Positions 11,611 to 21,097 of a DNA stretch of 64,000 nt are shown in pieces (within the stretch, counting starts at the first letter, position 1; each line of letters starts with the position of its first letter). The notes beneath the pieces were generated by a model. That model searched no databases, was not told the origin of the DNA, and saw only the letters and a program-made list of their open reading frames with translations. Origin of the DNA: Opitutales bacterium (lineage in GTDB: Bacteria > Verrucomicrobiota > Verrucomicrobiia > Opitutales > PNEW01); the NCBI GenBank assembly GCA_965197745.1, contig CBDANS010000006.1, positions 128,001 through 192,000 on the forward strand, read 5' to 3'. The translations under genes were made by a program, and so were the position numbers.

Positions 11611-12261
11611 ATGCATGAGCCCAAGCCGAATCTCTCGAATCTAAAAAAACAAGCGAAGCTTATTTTTCGACAGCATAAGGAGAGATACTATCCTGTATGC
11701 GCACGGATAAGAAAAGCGCTTCCGCGATTTTTAGATAGCAGTGATAAGGAAATACTGGACTCTTCTTTCGCATTGCATGATGCCCAGGAAATAATCGCAC
11801 GCGAATACGGATTCAATAAATGGGAAGTGCTGAAAAATAACAAAATAACCATGAATAAATCAAATTCTCAAAATAATCATAATAAATATCTATGTGAAGC
11901 ATATCCTCAGTTGTTCGTAAGTGATGTCACACGCACAGCGAACTTTTATAAAGAAAACCTTGGGTTTGAAATCCAGTATTTATATGGAAAACCTCCCTTT
12001 TATGGAATGGTGAAAAGGGATAATATAGGATTGAACATCAGGTATGTTTGCAATCCCCCCATGGATCAAAATGAAAAGGAAAAAGAACAATTAATAAGTG
12101 CCAACATTCCTGTAAATGGAGTGAAATCGCTATTTCTTGAATTCAAGGAAAAGGAAGTTGATATTTTTCAGTCGTTAAAGTCACAACCTTGGGGCTGTGT
12201 AGATTTTATCATCAAAGACCCTGACGGAAATTTATTATTATTTTCAAATCATCCTGATTAA
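11611..12261 (+). CDS. LKKQAK/AREYGF N-terminal domain fused to a VOC (glyoxalase/bleomycin resistance) domain
   Basis: N-terminal PNLSNLKKQAK...LHDAQEIIAREYGFNKW. C-terminal PQLFVSDV...FYKENLGF...QPWG..DFIIKDPDGNLL. Confidence 0.85.
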   Translation: MHEPKPNLSNLKKQAKLIFRQHKERYYPVCARIRKALPRFLDSSDKEILDSSFALHDAQEIIAREYGFNKWEVLKNNKITMNKSNSQNNHNKYLCEAYPQLFVSDVTRTANFYKENLGFEIQYLYGKPPFYGMVKRDNIGLNIRYVCNPPMDQNEKEKEQLISANIPVNGVKSLFLEFKEKEVDIFQSLKSQPWGCVDFIIKDPDGNLLLFSNHPD

Positions 12262-12340
12262 AAGACCTCACCATTCACTTGAGACGTACTGAGGCCAAAC
12301 GAAGCAGAAAAGGGTCTTAGTGCGATTTATTGTGGGTGCC

Positions 12341-13441
12341 TCATTCTTTAATATCCAGGATCCCGGCAACGGACGTTCGGATCTGAACCAGATGTTCCCG
12401 TACCCATTCAGGATTAAACCGCTCCGTCCCCATCCGGAGGGGACAACTGGCCATGGCCCCACTTATCCAGCCGATTTCCTGTGGCGCATCGCGGATCAGT
12501 AGTATGTCGTTTCCCGTCATACCGTCCGGTACCGGCCTCACTTCAGCGTAGGCATCTAGGAAGGTGCGCCAAAGCATCTTGGACCGATCCAGGTCATCCT
12601 TTATCCGTAAAATGCGACGGACCTGGGAAAGTTCGAACCCCCTTGAAATGAACCTGGCATTTCCAAAATCAAAGAACACGACAGTACCGTCAGACCGCCG
12701 CCGAATGTTCGACGGCACGAGATCATCATGACACCAGCCCATATCTTGTTCATCCCTGCCAACAAGTAGTTCACTCAATCGTCTTTTCAGTTTACGGCGG
12801 AGGTCTTGCAGTTCAGCGTAGTCTTCTTTGTAGGCAAGTCGCCTGGCAAAAGGAAGGTAATCATGCTCTTCACGAAGCACGGGATAATCCGTATCGATCA
12901 GGTCTCCTGCTGTATGTAGTTGCGCCACTGCGACGCCCAATTGACAAGATGCTTCCTCACTTACAGTAAAGCTTGTCACCGGTACTTCTTCAAACAGCAA
13001 TGCGGCACGGGATCCTTCGGGCGCGATCACTTCTGATGCGTATGACCCGTCATTTCGGTAGACCGCTGGGACGACACTTGCGCCATGAAGCGCGAGATCT
13101 GCGACGAAAAGAGCCTCGGCTTCAGCCTGATCGATGGATACTGGAGGACGGTAGATCTTCAGGTAGTAGGTGGGTCCAGCTGTGTTTACATGATAAACAT
13201 CCGAGTCACCGCGATAGTGAAAGGTGCAGCCAAGAGCTTCGGTGATATCGTACTCTGAATCAACACGCTGTAGAAGCACCTCTTCATCAAGAACTGAAGA
13301 CTGCGCTGGAAACACAGTGCGGTCATCAAGCTGGCCACTGTTTGAGATGTCGAGACCGTATCTTACGTGTCTCCCTTCAAGAACGCGTGACTTCTCAACG
13401 TCCTGCCTTGTCTCTTCTTTCTTCTTATTTTCTTTCTTCAT
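12341..13441 (-). CDS. APH/homoserine kinase type II-like phosphotransferase
   Basis: YYLKIYR, LGVAVAQLH, WCHDDLVPSN and FFDFG motifs. Confidence 0.85.
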   Translation of the reverse strand: MKKENKKKEETRQDVEKSRVLEGRHVRYGLDISNSGQLDDRTVFPAQSSVLDEEVLLQRVDSEYDITEALGCTFHYRGDSDVYHVNTAGPTYYLKIYRPPVSIDQAEAEALFVADLALHGASVVPAVYRNDGSYASEVIAPEGSRAALLFEEVPVTSFTVSEEASCQLGVAVAQLHTAGDLIDTDYPVLREEHDYLPFARRLAYKEDYAELQDLRRKLKRRLSELLVGRDEQDMGWCHDDLVPSNIRRRSDGTVVFFDFGNARFISRGFELSQVRRILRIKDDLDRSKMLWRTFLDAYAEVRPVPDGMTGNDILLIRDAPQEIGWISGAMASCPLRMGTERFNPEWVREHLVQIRTSVAGILDIKE

Positions 13442-13451
13442 TTAGTATCCT

Positions 13452-14276
13452 TTACAATTCTGCCCGCATAAAGCGTTCCCACAGTTCCTCTGCGATCCGA
13501 GAGGAATTCGTTCTTATGCCCTATCGCTGAAAGTAATCGCACAGGTTTCTAATGTCGCGCGTCAGCAACATGCAGGCACTGGAATCGACGCGGGGGTCAA
13601 CAGCCTGCGGAAAATCGATGATACGCAGTTCTCCATTATGATAGAGAATATTGTAAGCAGACAGGTCGGCATGTATCCTGTTGCAACGAAGCAGCAGTTC
13701 CACGTTGTCCATTGCCACATCATAGAGATGCAGCGCTTCTGCTTTCGAGAGAGTCACATTGCTCAACATTTGTCCCGGTCGAACACCCGTGCCTATGTAC
13801 TCCATCAGGATGATATCACCGGAATGCGCGTACGGCCTGGGCACGTTTGCGCCTTCTTCATAAAGCAATTCCATTGTTAACCACTCTCGCGCGATCCACA
13901 TGCTGTGGGCTGATCGTCTCCCGGTCCGTGATCGCCTCTTCATCGCGCGTGACAATCGCAGGTCATGAACGTTGTGGTGATCCTGATACTCCATGGCGCT
14001 GTTAAACGCTCTGAACTTTTGCGCCAGATAGACTTTGGCCGCGAGAAGATCAACTCCTACGGAAGTCCTCGCTTTACAGAGATAAACGGTTGCCTCCTTA
14101 CCGTCGTTAACCACACCGATGACCTCCGCAACCATGCCATCGAAAGACGTCAGAATAGCGTCCTTCTCACGGTCTGCTAGAAATTTTCTCTTGAATCCAC
14201 CCTCTGAGAGTGAATCACTGTCTCTTCTTCTATCATGCCGATGATTCGGCATGTTTTTCTGTTCTGATCGTGTCAT
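13452..14276 (-). CDS. RIO1-family kinase; in-frame TAG at 13521-13523 cuts off a typical C-terminal tail
   Basis: GKEATVY, AAKVY, ILMEYIG, IHADLSAYNIL and IIDFPQAVD. After the TAG the frame continues GIRTNSSRIAEELWERFMRAEL-TAA. Likely start is the ATG at 14276, because the longer start lies inside a terminator. Confidence 0.85.
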
Positions 14277-14323
14277 GCTGTATTTCCATAGTAGGTAAAA
14301 TTTAAAATTGGACCCGTGGCATG

Positions 14324-14358
14324 AAAAAAAGCCATGGGTCTGTGTCACGCCCATGGCT
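14324..14358 (-). terminator. intrinsic terminator 2 in the RIO1 leader
   Basis: AGCCATGGG/CCCATGGCT stem followed by a T-run on the minus strand. Confidence 0.75.
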
Positions 14359-14365
14359 TGGATCA

Positions 14366-14398
14366 GAAAAAGAAAAAGCCGTTCCAGGCGGAACGGCT
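14366..14398 (-). terminator. intrinsic terminator 1 in the RIO1 leader
   Basis: AGCCGTTCC/GGAACGGCT stem followed by TTTTCTTTTT on the minus strand. Confidence 0.8.
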
Positions 14399-14428
14399 AA
14401 ACTGCTCTTGATAGCACCCTGGTGCTAC

Positions 14429-14488
14429 CTAGTGCCGAAACCTACCGGGGAGTGACAACGCGAAGAATTGTCTCTTTGCTGCATTCAT
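14429..14488 (-). CDS. putative leader peptide MNAAKRQFFALSLPGRFRH (19 aa)
   Basis: Strong RBS AAGGAGAG, an ATG...TAG frame, followed immediately by hairpins and terminators. Confidence 0.65.
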   Translation of the reverse strand: MNAAKRQFFALSLPGRFRH

Positions 14489-14596
14489 GATTATCTCTCC
14501 TTTATTGGTGTAGGTTTCGGGTTCCTGGTTAATGTTCATAATGCTTTATGTGATCGATGTATCGATGTCAATAAAGATCCCTTGCGACAATCTTCA

Positions 14597-14699
14597 CGGA
14601 CGTGACGACGCGCGTCCCTCCATTTTTTTTTCGGGGGGCCATGTAATGTCTGTCGGCCATAGCCGCGCGTTTGCGGGGCGACGGCTGATCGTGGCCGCG
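14597..14699. repeat. GGAGG-type REP doublet with nested insert
   Basis: Diverged copy of 9006-9110. Confidence 0.8.
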
Positions 14700-14750
14700 A
14701 AAGAGTATAGAAACATAAAGGGGCTACGACAGGTTTACACCTGAGATGAG

Positions 14751-15508
14751 CTAATTATCTTCGACAGGTTTAAATTCAAAGAAAAAAGGTTGGTAAGCAC
14801 GTGCTGTAACCGGTTTACCGCGTTTCATTGGTGGTTGAAATTTCCAGTCTTTGATCGCGGTGAGTGCGGCAATCGCAAAATAGTCATTCGATGAAGATTT
14901 AAGCCCCGGGGCTCTGACGTTACCCTTGGAATCAATAAAAAATTCAACCAGTACCTGCCCGCTTGCTTCCACATCCCACATTTCTTTCGGAAAAACAGGT
15001 GAACTCGATTTAATTACTTTTGGTTCAAAATCCAATTCGTTAATATCTTTAACCGTAAAATATTGTCTATTTATCGTTTTATTACCGATCATCGCTTCAT
15101 CAATGATTGATGCATTGAATATACACCTCCACCTCTCTCCAAATTGTAAGATACTTTAACAAATACTCGACTCGAGTAAGCCACTCCATCGACAATTCTT
15201 GGAGCAAATTTCCATTGCTTAATCGCTCTAATCGAGGAACGGGCAAAAGCAAGGTGAGAGGTTGCAAATTCTACAAAATCATACTGTTGTCCCGTGTCAT
15301 CGACGATAAATACGATAATCGCAAATCCTTCAGTAATACCTGTATGGGCAACACTCGGTGGTAAATAAGGATTAACTGCTTTAAGCACCTGCAGGTCTCG
15401 ATTATTATTATCAGTCTTTTCGCTTTGACCCAACACGGGGAGATGAAAGCAAAAAATTATCAAAATAAAAATGAGGTGGGAGGGGAATAATCTGTAATAG
15501 GATTTCAC
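14751..15508 (-). pseudogene. TonB family protein with two TonB_C domains, split into two ORFs (probable frameshift near 15090-15130)
   Basis: Signal peptide, AIKQWKFAP and AIKDWKFQPP. The ORFs overlap by 4 nt, so two translationally coupled genes is also possible. Confidence 0.65.
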
Positions 15509-15628
15509 GGATAAAATACAGGGTTAAAACATAATCTAAGTTAATATCTTTAAATACACAACCCATGGCACGTTATAGTTCCACGATTGCAGAGCGACCG
15601 CGGCTGACCCCTTTTGGGCAATCATTAC

Positions 15629-15729
15629 CGGACGCGACGAAGCGCGTCCCTCCATTTTTTTTCGGAGGGCCACGTAATGCCTGTCGGCCATAGCCGCGCG
15701 TTTGCGGGGCGACGGCTGATCGTGGCCGC
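15629..15729. repeat. GGAGG-type REP doublet with nested insert
   Basis: Near-identical to 9006-9110. Confidence 0.85.
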
Positions 15730-15837
15730 TGATTTACAATTTTATAAATGGACAATAACAAAAGAAAGCAGCCACGATGTCACCTATTAGCTCATAGCTC
15801 TTGCTTAATCATGATGGACGCATAACAATAAAAATTT

Positions 15838-16161
15838 ATGCCTGCATTACGCAATCGATTAGAAAACGAATTAAGAAAACTGGAGGGGGTTGACGTTGCA
15901 TTGTATAAAGATACGAATCTGATGTGTGTCTATTATGGAGGCAAAGAATTTGCGCATTTTCAAGACGACAACGATTTGGATATACGATTATCTCAGAAAT
16001 TTATAAAACGAGAAAGCCTTACTCCTATTCATGATTCCAAATATCATCCGAATCGTTCAAGGAAATCCAGGTGGATGGAAATACGGTTTAAGAATGCAAA
16101 GCAAGTGGATGACTTGATTCGACTTATTAAGCGACTGATAAAAGAAGAATTAGCGCTATAA
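15838..16161 (+). CDS. DUF5519/luciferase-like small protein
   Basis: GKEFAHF....LDIRL and ...RWMEIRF pattern. Confidence 0.65.
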   Translation: MPALRNRLENELRKLEGVDVALYKDTNLMCVYYGGKEFAHFQDDNDLDIRLSQKFIKRESLTPIHDSKYHPNRSRKSRWMEIRFKNAKQVDDLIRLIKRLIKEELAL

Positions 16162-16192
16162 GTAAAACACTCAGGAATTATGGGGGAAAAAA

Positions 16193-17632
16193 ATGTCCAA
16201 AAAAAATATCATGCTGATCATTTCGGACCAGCAACGCACGGACACCATCGGCTGTCTCAGTCTCACCCCTTGCCGCACTCCCCATATAGATGCATTAATT
16301 GATCGCGGGGTTATTTTCGAGAAGACCATCACCCCCACCCCCGTCTGCACCCCGGCGCGGGCTTCCATCTTTACCGGTCTCTACGCCCATCAAGCGAGGG
16401 GAACCTTTGCCAAAGATCACATCGGTCCTCTCCGCGATGACCAGATGACTTCCGATGCGACAGACATGCTGCTCAGCGATTACTCCTGTCGAGAAAAACC
16501 GTTGCTCACTGACGCACTTAAAGCAGCAGGTTATTACTGTTGCTATGCGGGCAAATGGCATCTCGGCAACGATATTTTTGATAACTGGTTTGAACACCAC
16601 CACGGCGAGACAGACCAGCAGTATATTGATTGGGCCAGCGAGCAGGGGTATCCGGACGCCTGGTCTTTAAGCGATTGGTCGGTTCGCAGTCACCGTGATC
16701 CACCGATGTCTATTCCCCTGGCAAAAGAAAATAAAATTCCTCCCGAGATTACTAACGACGCGTGGATCGCTGACCTTGCCATCGATATGATTGAACAGCG
16801 CCCGAAAGATAAACCCTTCATGGCTGTCTGCAGTATGATCGGACCTCACCCGCCATTCAAGATACCGGAACCGTATTTCAGCATGTATGACGACCAGGAG
16901 GTTCCCGAGCCCCCCAATTTCCACCTCACTGAAGGAAAACCAAAATGCAAGAAAGAGAGTTTCTATCACAAACTGTGGGAGGACCATGGCTCGGATTGGT
17001 CGGCGTGGGAAAAATCCGTGACGACTTACTGGGGATTTGTCACCCATATCGACGACCAGGTCGGACGTCTTGTCCAATGCCTCAAGGACGAGGACGTTTT
17101 TGAGGACACCCTCATTATTTTCTGTAGCGACCATGGCGAAATGCTGGGCCAGCATGGTCTGTGGCACAAAATGCAGGCATATGAGGAGTCGCTTCGCGTG
17201 CCGCTGGTTTTCAGCGCGCCATGGATCAAATGCGATAACCGTTCAACCGCGCTTAACTCGCTGATCGATATTGCCCCGACAATTCTTGGCGCTGCCGGCT
17301 GTTCGATTCCGGATACTTACGAGGGCGAGGACTTATCGGCGCTATTCAACGGGCAGTGTGACCGGACCGCTCGAAGCGTCCTCTTCAGCGAGCACAAACC
17401 GGATGGAGATTATCACCTCGAGACTGATTGGAGAATGGTGACGGACAATAAGATTAAGTACATCTGGAATCGGGGTGAGTGCGAAGAGCTTTACGATCTG
17501 GAATCAGATCCCTGGGAAAAGGTTAATCTAGCTGACAACGATCGGAATAACGAACAATTGGCCTTCTATCGAACCCAACTCGGTGAGTGGATGGAGAAAA
17601 CGAAAGACCCCCTGCACGAGAGTTTTAAATGA
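16193..17632 (+). CDS. formylglycine-dependent sulfatase
   Basis: NIMLIISDQQR, CTPARAS, GKWHL, PHPP and SDHGE motifs. Confidence 0.95.
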   Translation: MSKKNIMLIISDQQRTDTIGCLSLTPCRTPHIDALIDRGVIFEKTITPTPVCTPARASIFTGLYAHQARGTFAKDHIGPLRDDQMTSDATDMLLSDYSCREKPLLTDALKAAGYYCCYAGKWHLGNDIFDNWFEHHHGETDQQYIDWASEQGYPDAWSLSDWSVRSHRDPPMSIPLAKENKIPPEITNDAWIADLAIDMIEQRPKDKPFMAVCSMIGPHPPFKIPEPYFSMYDDQEVPEPPNFHLTEGKPKCKKESFYHKLWEDHGSDWSAWEKSVTTYWGFVTHIDDQVGRLVQCLKDEDVFEDTLIIFCSDHGEMLGQHGLWHKMQAYEESLRVPLVFSAPWIKCDNRSTALNSLIDIAPTILGAAGCSIPDTYEGEDLSALFNGQCDRTARSVLFSEHKPDGDYHLETDWRMVTDNKIKYIWNRGECEELYDLESDPWEKVNLADNDRNNEQLAFYRTQLGEWMEKTKDPLHESFK

Positions 17633-18300
17633 CCCGTTTTTGATTTTCATTGTGAGGTCCCGGATTTTTTAGCTTCGCCGCAACATTTATACTTAAATGT
17701 CGATGTGGAATGACTTATGTCGCCATTAGACAACTGATAGATTTTGAGTTTGAACTGATATTTGATAAATAAATACCAGTTAATTTACTCACTATCTATA
17801 ATACTGAATCTCTACACGCTCACCACAGGTATGAAGAGCATAATTATAATCGAAGATGACCAAAGCTACCGTTCCATGTTATGCGGAGCGCTGGAAGATG
17901 AGGGATATAAAGTATCTACAGCTGAAAATGGCCTAATAGCGATAGATGTTCTCAAGACATTAACGCCTGATCTTATAATTACCGATGTCATAATGCAAGG
18001 AATGGATGGTTTTGAAGTAATCACACAAGTAAAGAATCAGAATCCTGATATTAAAATTATTGCCATTAGCGGAGGTGGAATGGCTGGACCTAAAACATAT
18101 TTAGAAATCGCTGAAGATTTAGGTGCAGATTACACGATTACAAAACCGTCAACGTTAAAAGAATTTCTAAGTGCAGTGAACAAACTGCTTAAATAAAATG
18201 GAAGAGGTTAATACCGAAATAGCATGAAGCGAATATGTAAGTGAATGAGAAAACGAAAGACCCTTGCACGAGCGTTTTAAATGACCCGATTCTGAATTTC
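17583..18300 (+). repeat. ~65 bp imperfect direct repeat (17583-17648 and 18237-18300) flanking a response regulator
   Basis: agaaaacgaaagaccc(c/t)tgcacgag(a/c)gttttaaatgacccg occurs in both. Confidence 0.85.
17831..18196 (+). CDS. single-domain response regulator (CheY-like receiver)
   Basis: IIEDD, DLIITDVIMQGMDG, IIAISGG and KP motifs. Confidence 0.9.
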   Translation: MKSIIIIEDDQSYRSMLCGALEDEGYKVSTAENGLIAIDVLKTLTPDLIITDVIMQGMDGFEVITQVKNQNPDIKIIAISGGGMAGPKTYLEIAEDLGADYTITKPSTLKEFLSAVNKLLK

Positions 18301-18308
18301 TTATAAAG

Positions 18309-19109
18309 TCATGTGACTTTAACTTTCCTCCACCATTCTCCTTCAGCCCCTTCAGGAATGTATGGCGGTATTGACATTATTAATCGGTTCTCATCTACAA
18401 ATTTAATGTGAAATGACTCGTGCTTGCGTGTTTCGTAACCAGGAACCTGAGACAAGAATGGCCAGTTGTCAAAAGTAGATGGAGTCTCAAGCCGCGCTCC
18501 AACGTTCACACCGAATTCATTAAATAATTTATAAATCTCTGTATCACTAAAACTGACACCTTGTGATGGTGCTCTTGGGCGTTCAGTACCCGCTCTCATT
18601 ACACCGTAGTGCCCTTGAGTCACAAGAGACATCCATCGTCCGTGTTTATCTTCAGATTCCCAAGCACCAGCCAGGGGTGTATCACCAGCTCCGCTGAGCT
18701 TTCGCCAGTTTTCCTCAACAATCTTGCCATCAGGAAACGCTCGCTTGCATAAACAATGATTATCCTGAAAATTTACAGTATATGAAAGCGAGATTCCTTC
18801 GATGCGTGGATCACTGGCCATTTCAATATTATGCTCTGCCAACCATCCTTCCTCTAACTCAGTCCACGAACAGCTCCCTCCTATTGCGTAAAAGTGTGGA
18901 TACATTTCGACCGCTTCGGCCTCAGTGGGAGGCCAAGTTGCTGGCGGTTGACACTTTCCCTGGGTAAGAAGTTCAATAAAATGATCCCCTGTGTACACGG
19001 AGAAACCTGCCGCAGATCTGATAGCAACTGTTGTATCCCGTAATGGCACGAAATCCACATCTTCATCATCAGTGAGCATCTGCCAAAAACCATTCCATGG
19101 TTGTTTCAT
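18309..19109 (-). CDS. hypothetical protein with two internally similar lipocalin-like halves
   Basis: WNGFWQM versus LAGAWES, with parallel downstream segments. Confidence 0.6.
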   Translation of the reverse strand: MKQPWNGFWQMLTDDEDVDFVPLRDTTVAIRSAAGFSVYTGDHFIELLTQGKCQPPATWPPTEAEAVEMYPHFYAIGGSCSWTELEEGWLAEHNIEMASDPRIEGISLSYTVNFQDNHCLCKRAFPDGKIVEENWRKLSGAGDTPLAGAWESEDKHGRWMSLVTQGHYGVMRAGTERPRAPSQGVSFSDTEIYKLFNEFGVNVGARLETPSTFDNWPFLSQVPGYETRKHESFHIKFVDENRLIMSIPPYIPEGAEGEWWRKVKVT

Positions 19110-19217
19110 ATCTTTGGATCCTATTTATGTTTCTCTACCTAAAATACTCAATTTATGAATATGTGAAAAGTCGAGAAATGTCACTGTAAGTTGATATGCC
19201 GCGCAGAAGAACTGGAA

Positions 19218-19278
19218 GGGGTCAGGCTTTGCAAACTGGCATTTTTTAATTATATGCCAGTTTGCAGAACCTGACCCC
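19218..19278. repeat. GGGTCAG...CTGACCC palindrome (REPIN-like), copy 1
   Basis: 61-bp near-perfect palindrome with a TGCAAACTGGCAT core. Confidence 0.85.
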
Positions 19279-19284
19279 ATTTTT

Positions 19285-20700
19285 TCACTCGGCATACCCA
19301 TGATAGTTTGCGATCGCCAGGCCGGCGGCAATGCCGGTGAAGGTATCGAATTCAATCAGCTTTCGAGGGAATATTTGCTGCAACAGTTCTTGAACGGGTG
19401 GAAGCTTCGAAGAGCCACCGGTGCAGATCACTGCGTCGATTCCATCAACGCTGCAACCTGACGATAAGAGCAGTTCCTCAATCGCATCACTGATCCTCGC
19501 CAACATCTCTTCCATGTATTGGCGCAACTCCTGTCGGGTGATGGTCACTCGGAGCTCGAGCTCGGGCACCCGGATGACGGATTCATGATCCTTGGTGAGC
19601 CCGATCTTGGCCTCCTCTATGGCCTGAAAGACCCTGTAGGATTGGTTCATAGAGATCAATAGCAGCAATCGACTTAGTTTCTGCTTCGTCTTCCCTTTTT
19701 CACGCATACCATGGGTGATCAATTCTCTGAGTTCACCCCGGTTGAGTTCGTGTGTATGCTGCCAGATGAGCAGCCGTTCGGCGAATTCCCCGAATCGAAA
19801 CGCTACCTTCTTTTCATCGCCGACACTCTTGCTTGTAATCAATGTTCGCTCGCCCAGTTCCGGGAATATGGCTCTCCGGTATATCAGCTTATCGATATCA
19901 TCCCCGCCCAGTTCGAGTCCCAGCGTGCCCAGAATCTTGAATGCCTTCGTGGTTGTCTTCAAAAGGCAAAGGTCAAGCGTGCCCCCGCCAAAGTCGAAGG
20001 TCAGATAGGATCTGTCGGGGCGCGTTTCGCCCCGATGCAGGAAGCTCAGAGAGGCTGCGACCGGCTCCGGATAAAAGGAAGCTTTCGAGAATCCTGCGAA
20101 ATCACACGCTTCTCCCATTCGGCTTAACGCGACCTCATTCGCTGTTGCCGAATCCCCGCGATAATTAACCGGTCGACCCACATGCGGCGTAAGCAGCGGG
20201 CCGCCCGCATGGGTCTCGATCCCCTTGCGGATCTCTTCCAGAATTGGGGTCGCGAGTGCCACCACGCGCAGGGTCCTGTCGAATACGTTGATGGCATTCA
20301 GCGAAGCATCCCCAAGCCATGTCTTGATACTTCGAAAAAGCCGGCTCGGGAGATGTGAATCGGTAAATGCGTGCACCTTAACCCAGTCCTCAAAGTAACC
20401 TGCCATGGTATCTATGCTCAAAAGAAATTCACCCACCTCTTCCTTCTCTAATTGAATCCTCCTTCCTCTGTTGTCCTCGAGATAGGATTCTATCGCATGC
20501 TGTCCGACACGGGGGAAAAAGTCGCGGTTGAGATACAATGCGCTCGGCAGTACTGCGGGAACGGCGGCAGCGGCGTCCAGGCCGAGCATCCGAAGTTTTT
20601 TTCCGTCAAATAGCGCAACCGATGAATTCGTCGTACCAAAATCAACGCCCACTGCTATTCTGCTCGAGCTGCGGTGAAGATGGGAAGGGCTTAAGGGCAT
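19285..20700 (-). CDS. Hsp70-family protein (YegD-like)
   Basis: GVDFGTTNS, VGRPVNY, EPVAA, FDFGGGTLD and TGGSS. Lacks the substrate-binding lid. Confidence 0.85.
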   Translation of the reverse strand: MPLSPSHLHRSSSRIAVGVDFGTTNSSVALFDGKKLRMLGLDAAAAVPAVLPSALYLNRDFFPRVGQHAIESYLEDNRGRRIQLEKEEVGEFLLSIDTMAGYFEDWVKVHAFTDSHLPSRLFRSIKTWLGDASLNAINVFDRTLRVVALATPILEEIRKGIETHAGGPLLTPHVGRPVNYRGDSATANEVALSRMGEACDFAGFSKASFYPEPVAASLSFLHRGETRPDRSYLTFDFGGGTLDLCLLKTTTKAFKILGTLGLELGGDDIDKLIYRRAIFPELGERTLITSKSVGDEKKVAFRFGEFAERLLIWQHTHELNRGELRELITHGMREKGKTKQKLSRLLLLISMNQSYRVFQAIEEAKIGLTKDHESVIRVPELELRVTITRQELRQYMEEMLARISDAIEELLLSSGCSVDGIDAVICTGGSSKLPPVQELLQQIFPRKLIEFDTFTGIAAGLAIANYHGYAE

Positions 20701-20932
20701 GCGGGTAAAAGATTAGGTGGCGCCAACTGTCCTGAAAACAGAGGGATTAACCTATACAAGCTTTTGGCCGCTATTGTTCAAGAATAAAATTACATAAATA
20801 TTTTACAACCAACCTCTTATAAATTAATACTAACATCGAAAAACAATCATGTCAAGTTCTGACTTGGCCCTATTTGTCGCATGCACACAGTGAAAAATGA
20901 AAAGAGAATCAAAACGCGGTCTGATCAATCAC

Positions 20933-20960
20933 TTGACAAAGAACGGTATCGGGTTAACTT
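20933..20960 (+). promoter_or_regulatory. sigma70-like promoter (TTGACA-N16-TAACTT)
   Basis: Near-identical to 25176-25203. Confidence 0.7.
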
Positions 20961-20971
20961 TTTTCATAGAC

Positions 20972-21074
20972 GCTCGGAGGGAGCGGCCAGTCCACGGAAA
21001 GAGTTAACCTCACCTCTCTCGAATCCATACAGTCAATTGGACCTATGGACCAGCTTGTCAGGTGGACAACAAGC
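20972..21074 (+). ncRNA. candidate structured cis-regulatory RNA, copy 2
   Basis: P1 GGAGG/CCTCT, hairpin GAG-TTAAC-CTC, TCCATA/TATGGA hairpin, and GCTTGT/ACAAGC hairpin whose loop GTGGAC pairs with GTCCAC at 20990. Confidence 0.75.
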
Positions 21075-21097
21075 GCAAATTGGAAAGTAGGTTATAT

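Noticed and set aside
14277..14354. Longer RIO1 start (MGVTQTHG...)
   Set aside because: The ATG lies inside a terminator stem and has no RBS.
9006..15729. CRISPR array
   Set aside because: The repeats are long palindromes with irregular kb-scale spacing. There is no repeat-spacer periodicity and no cas genes.
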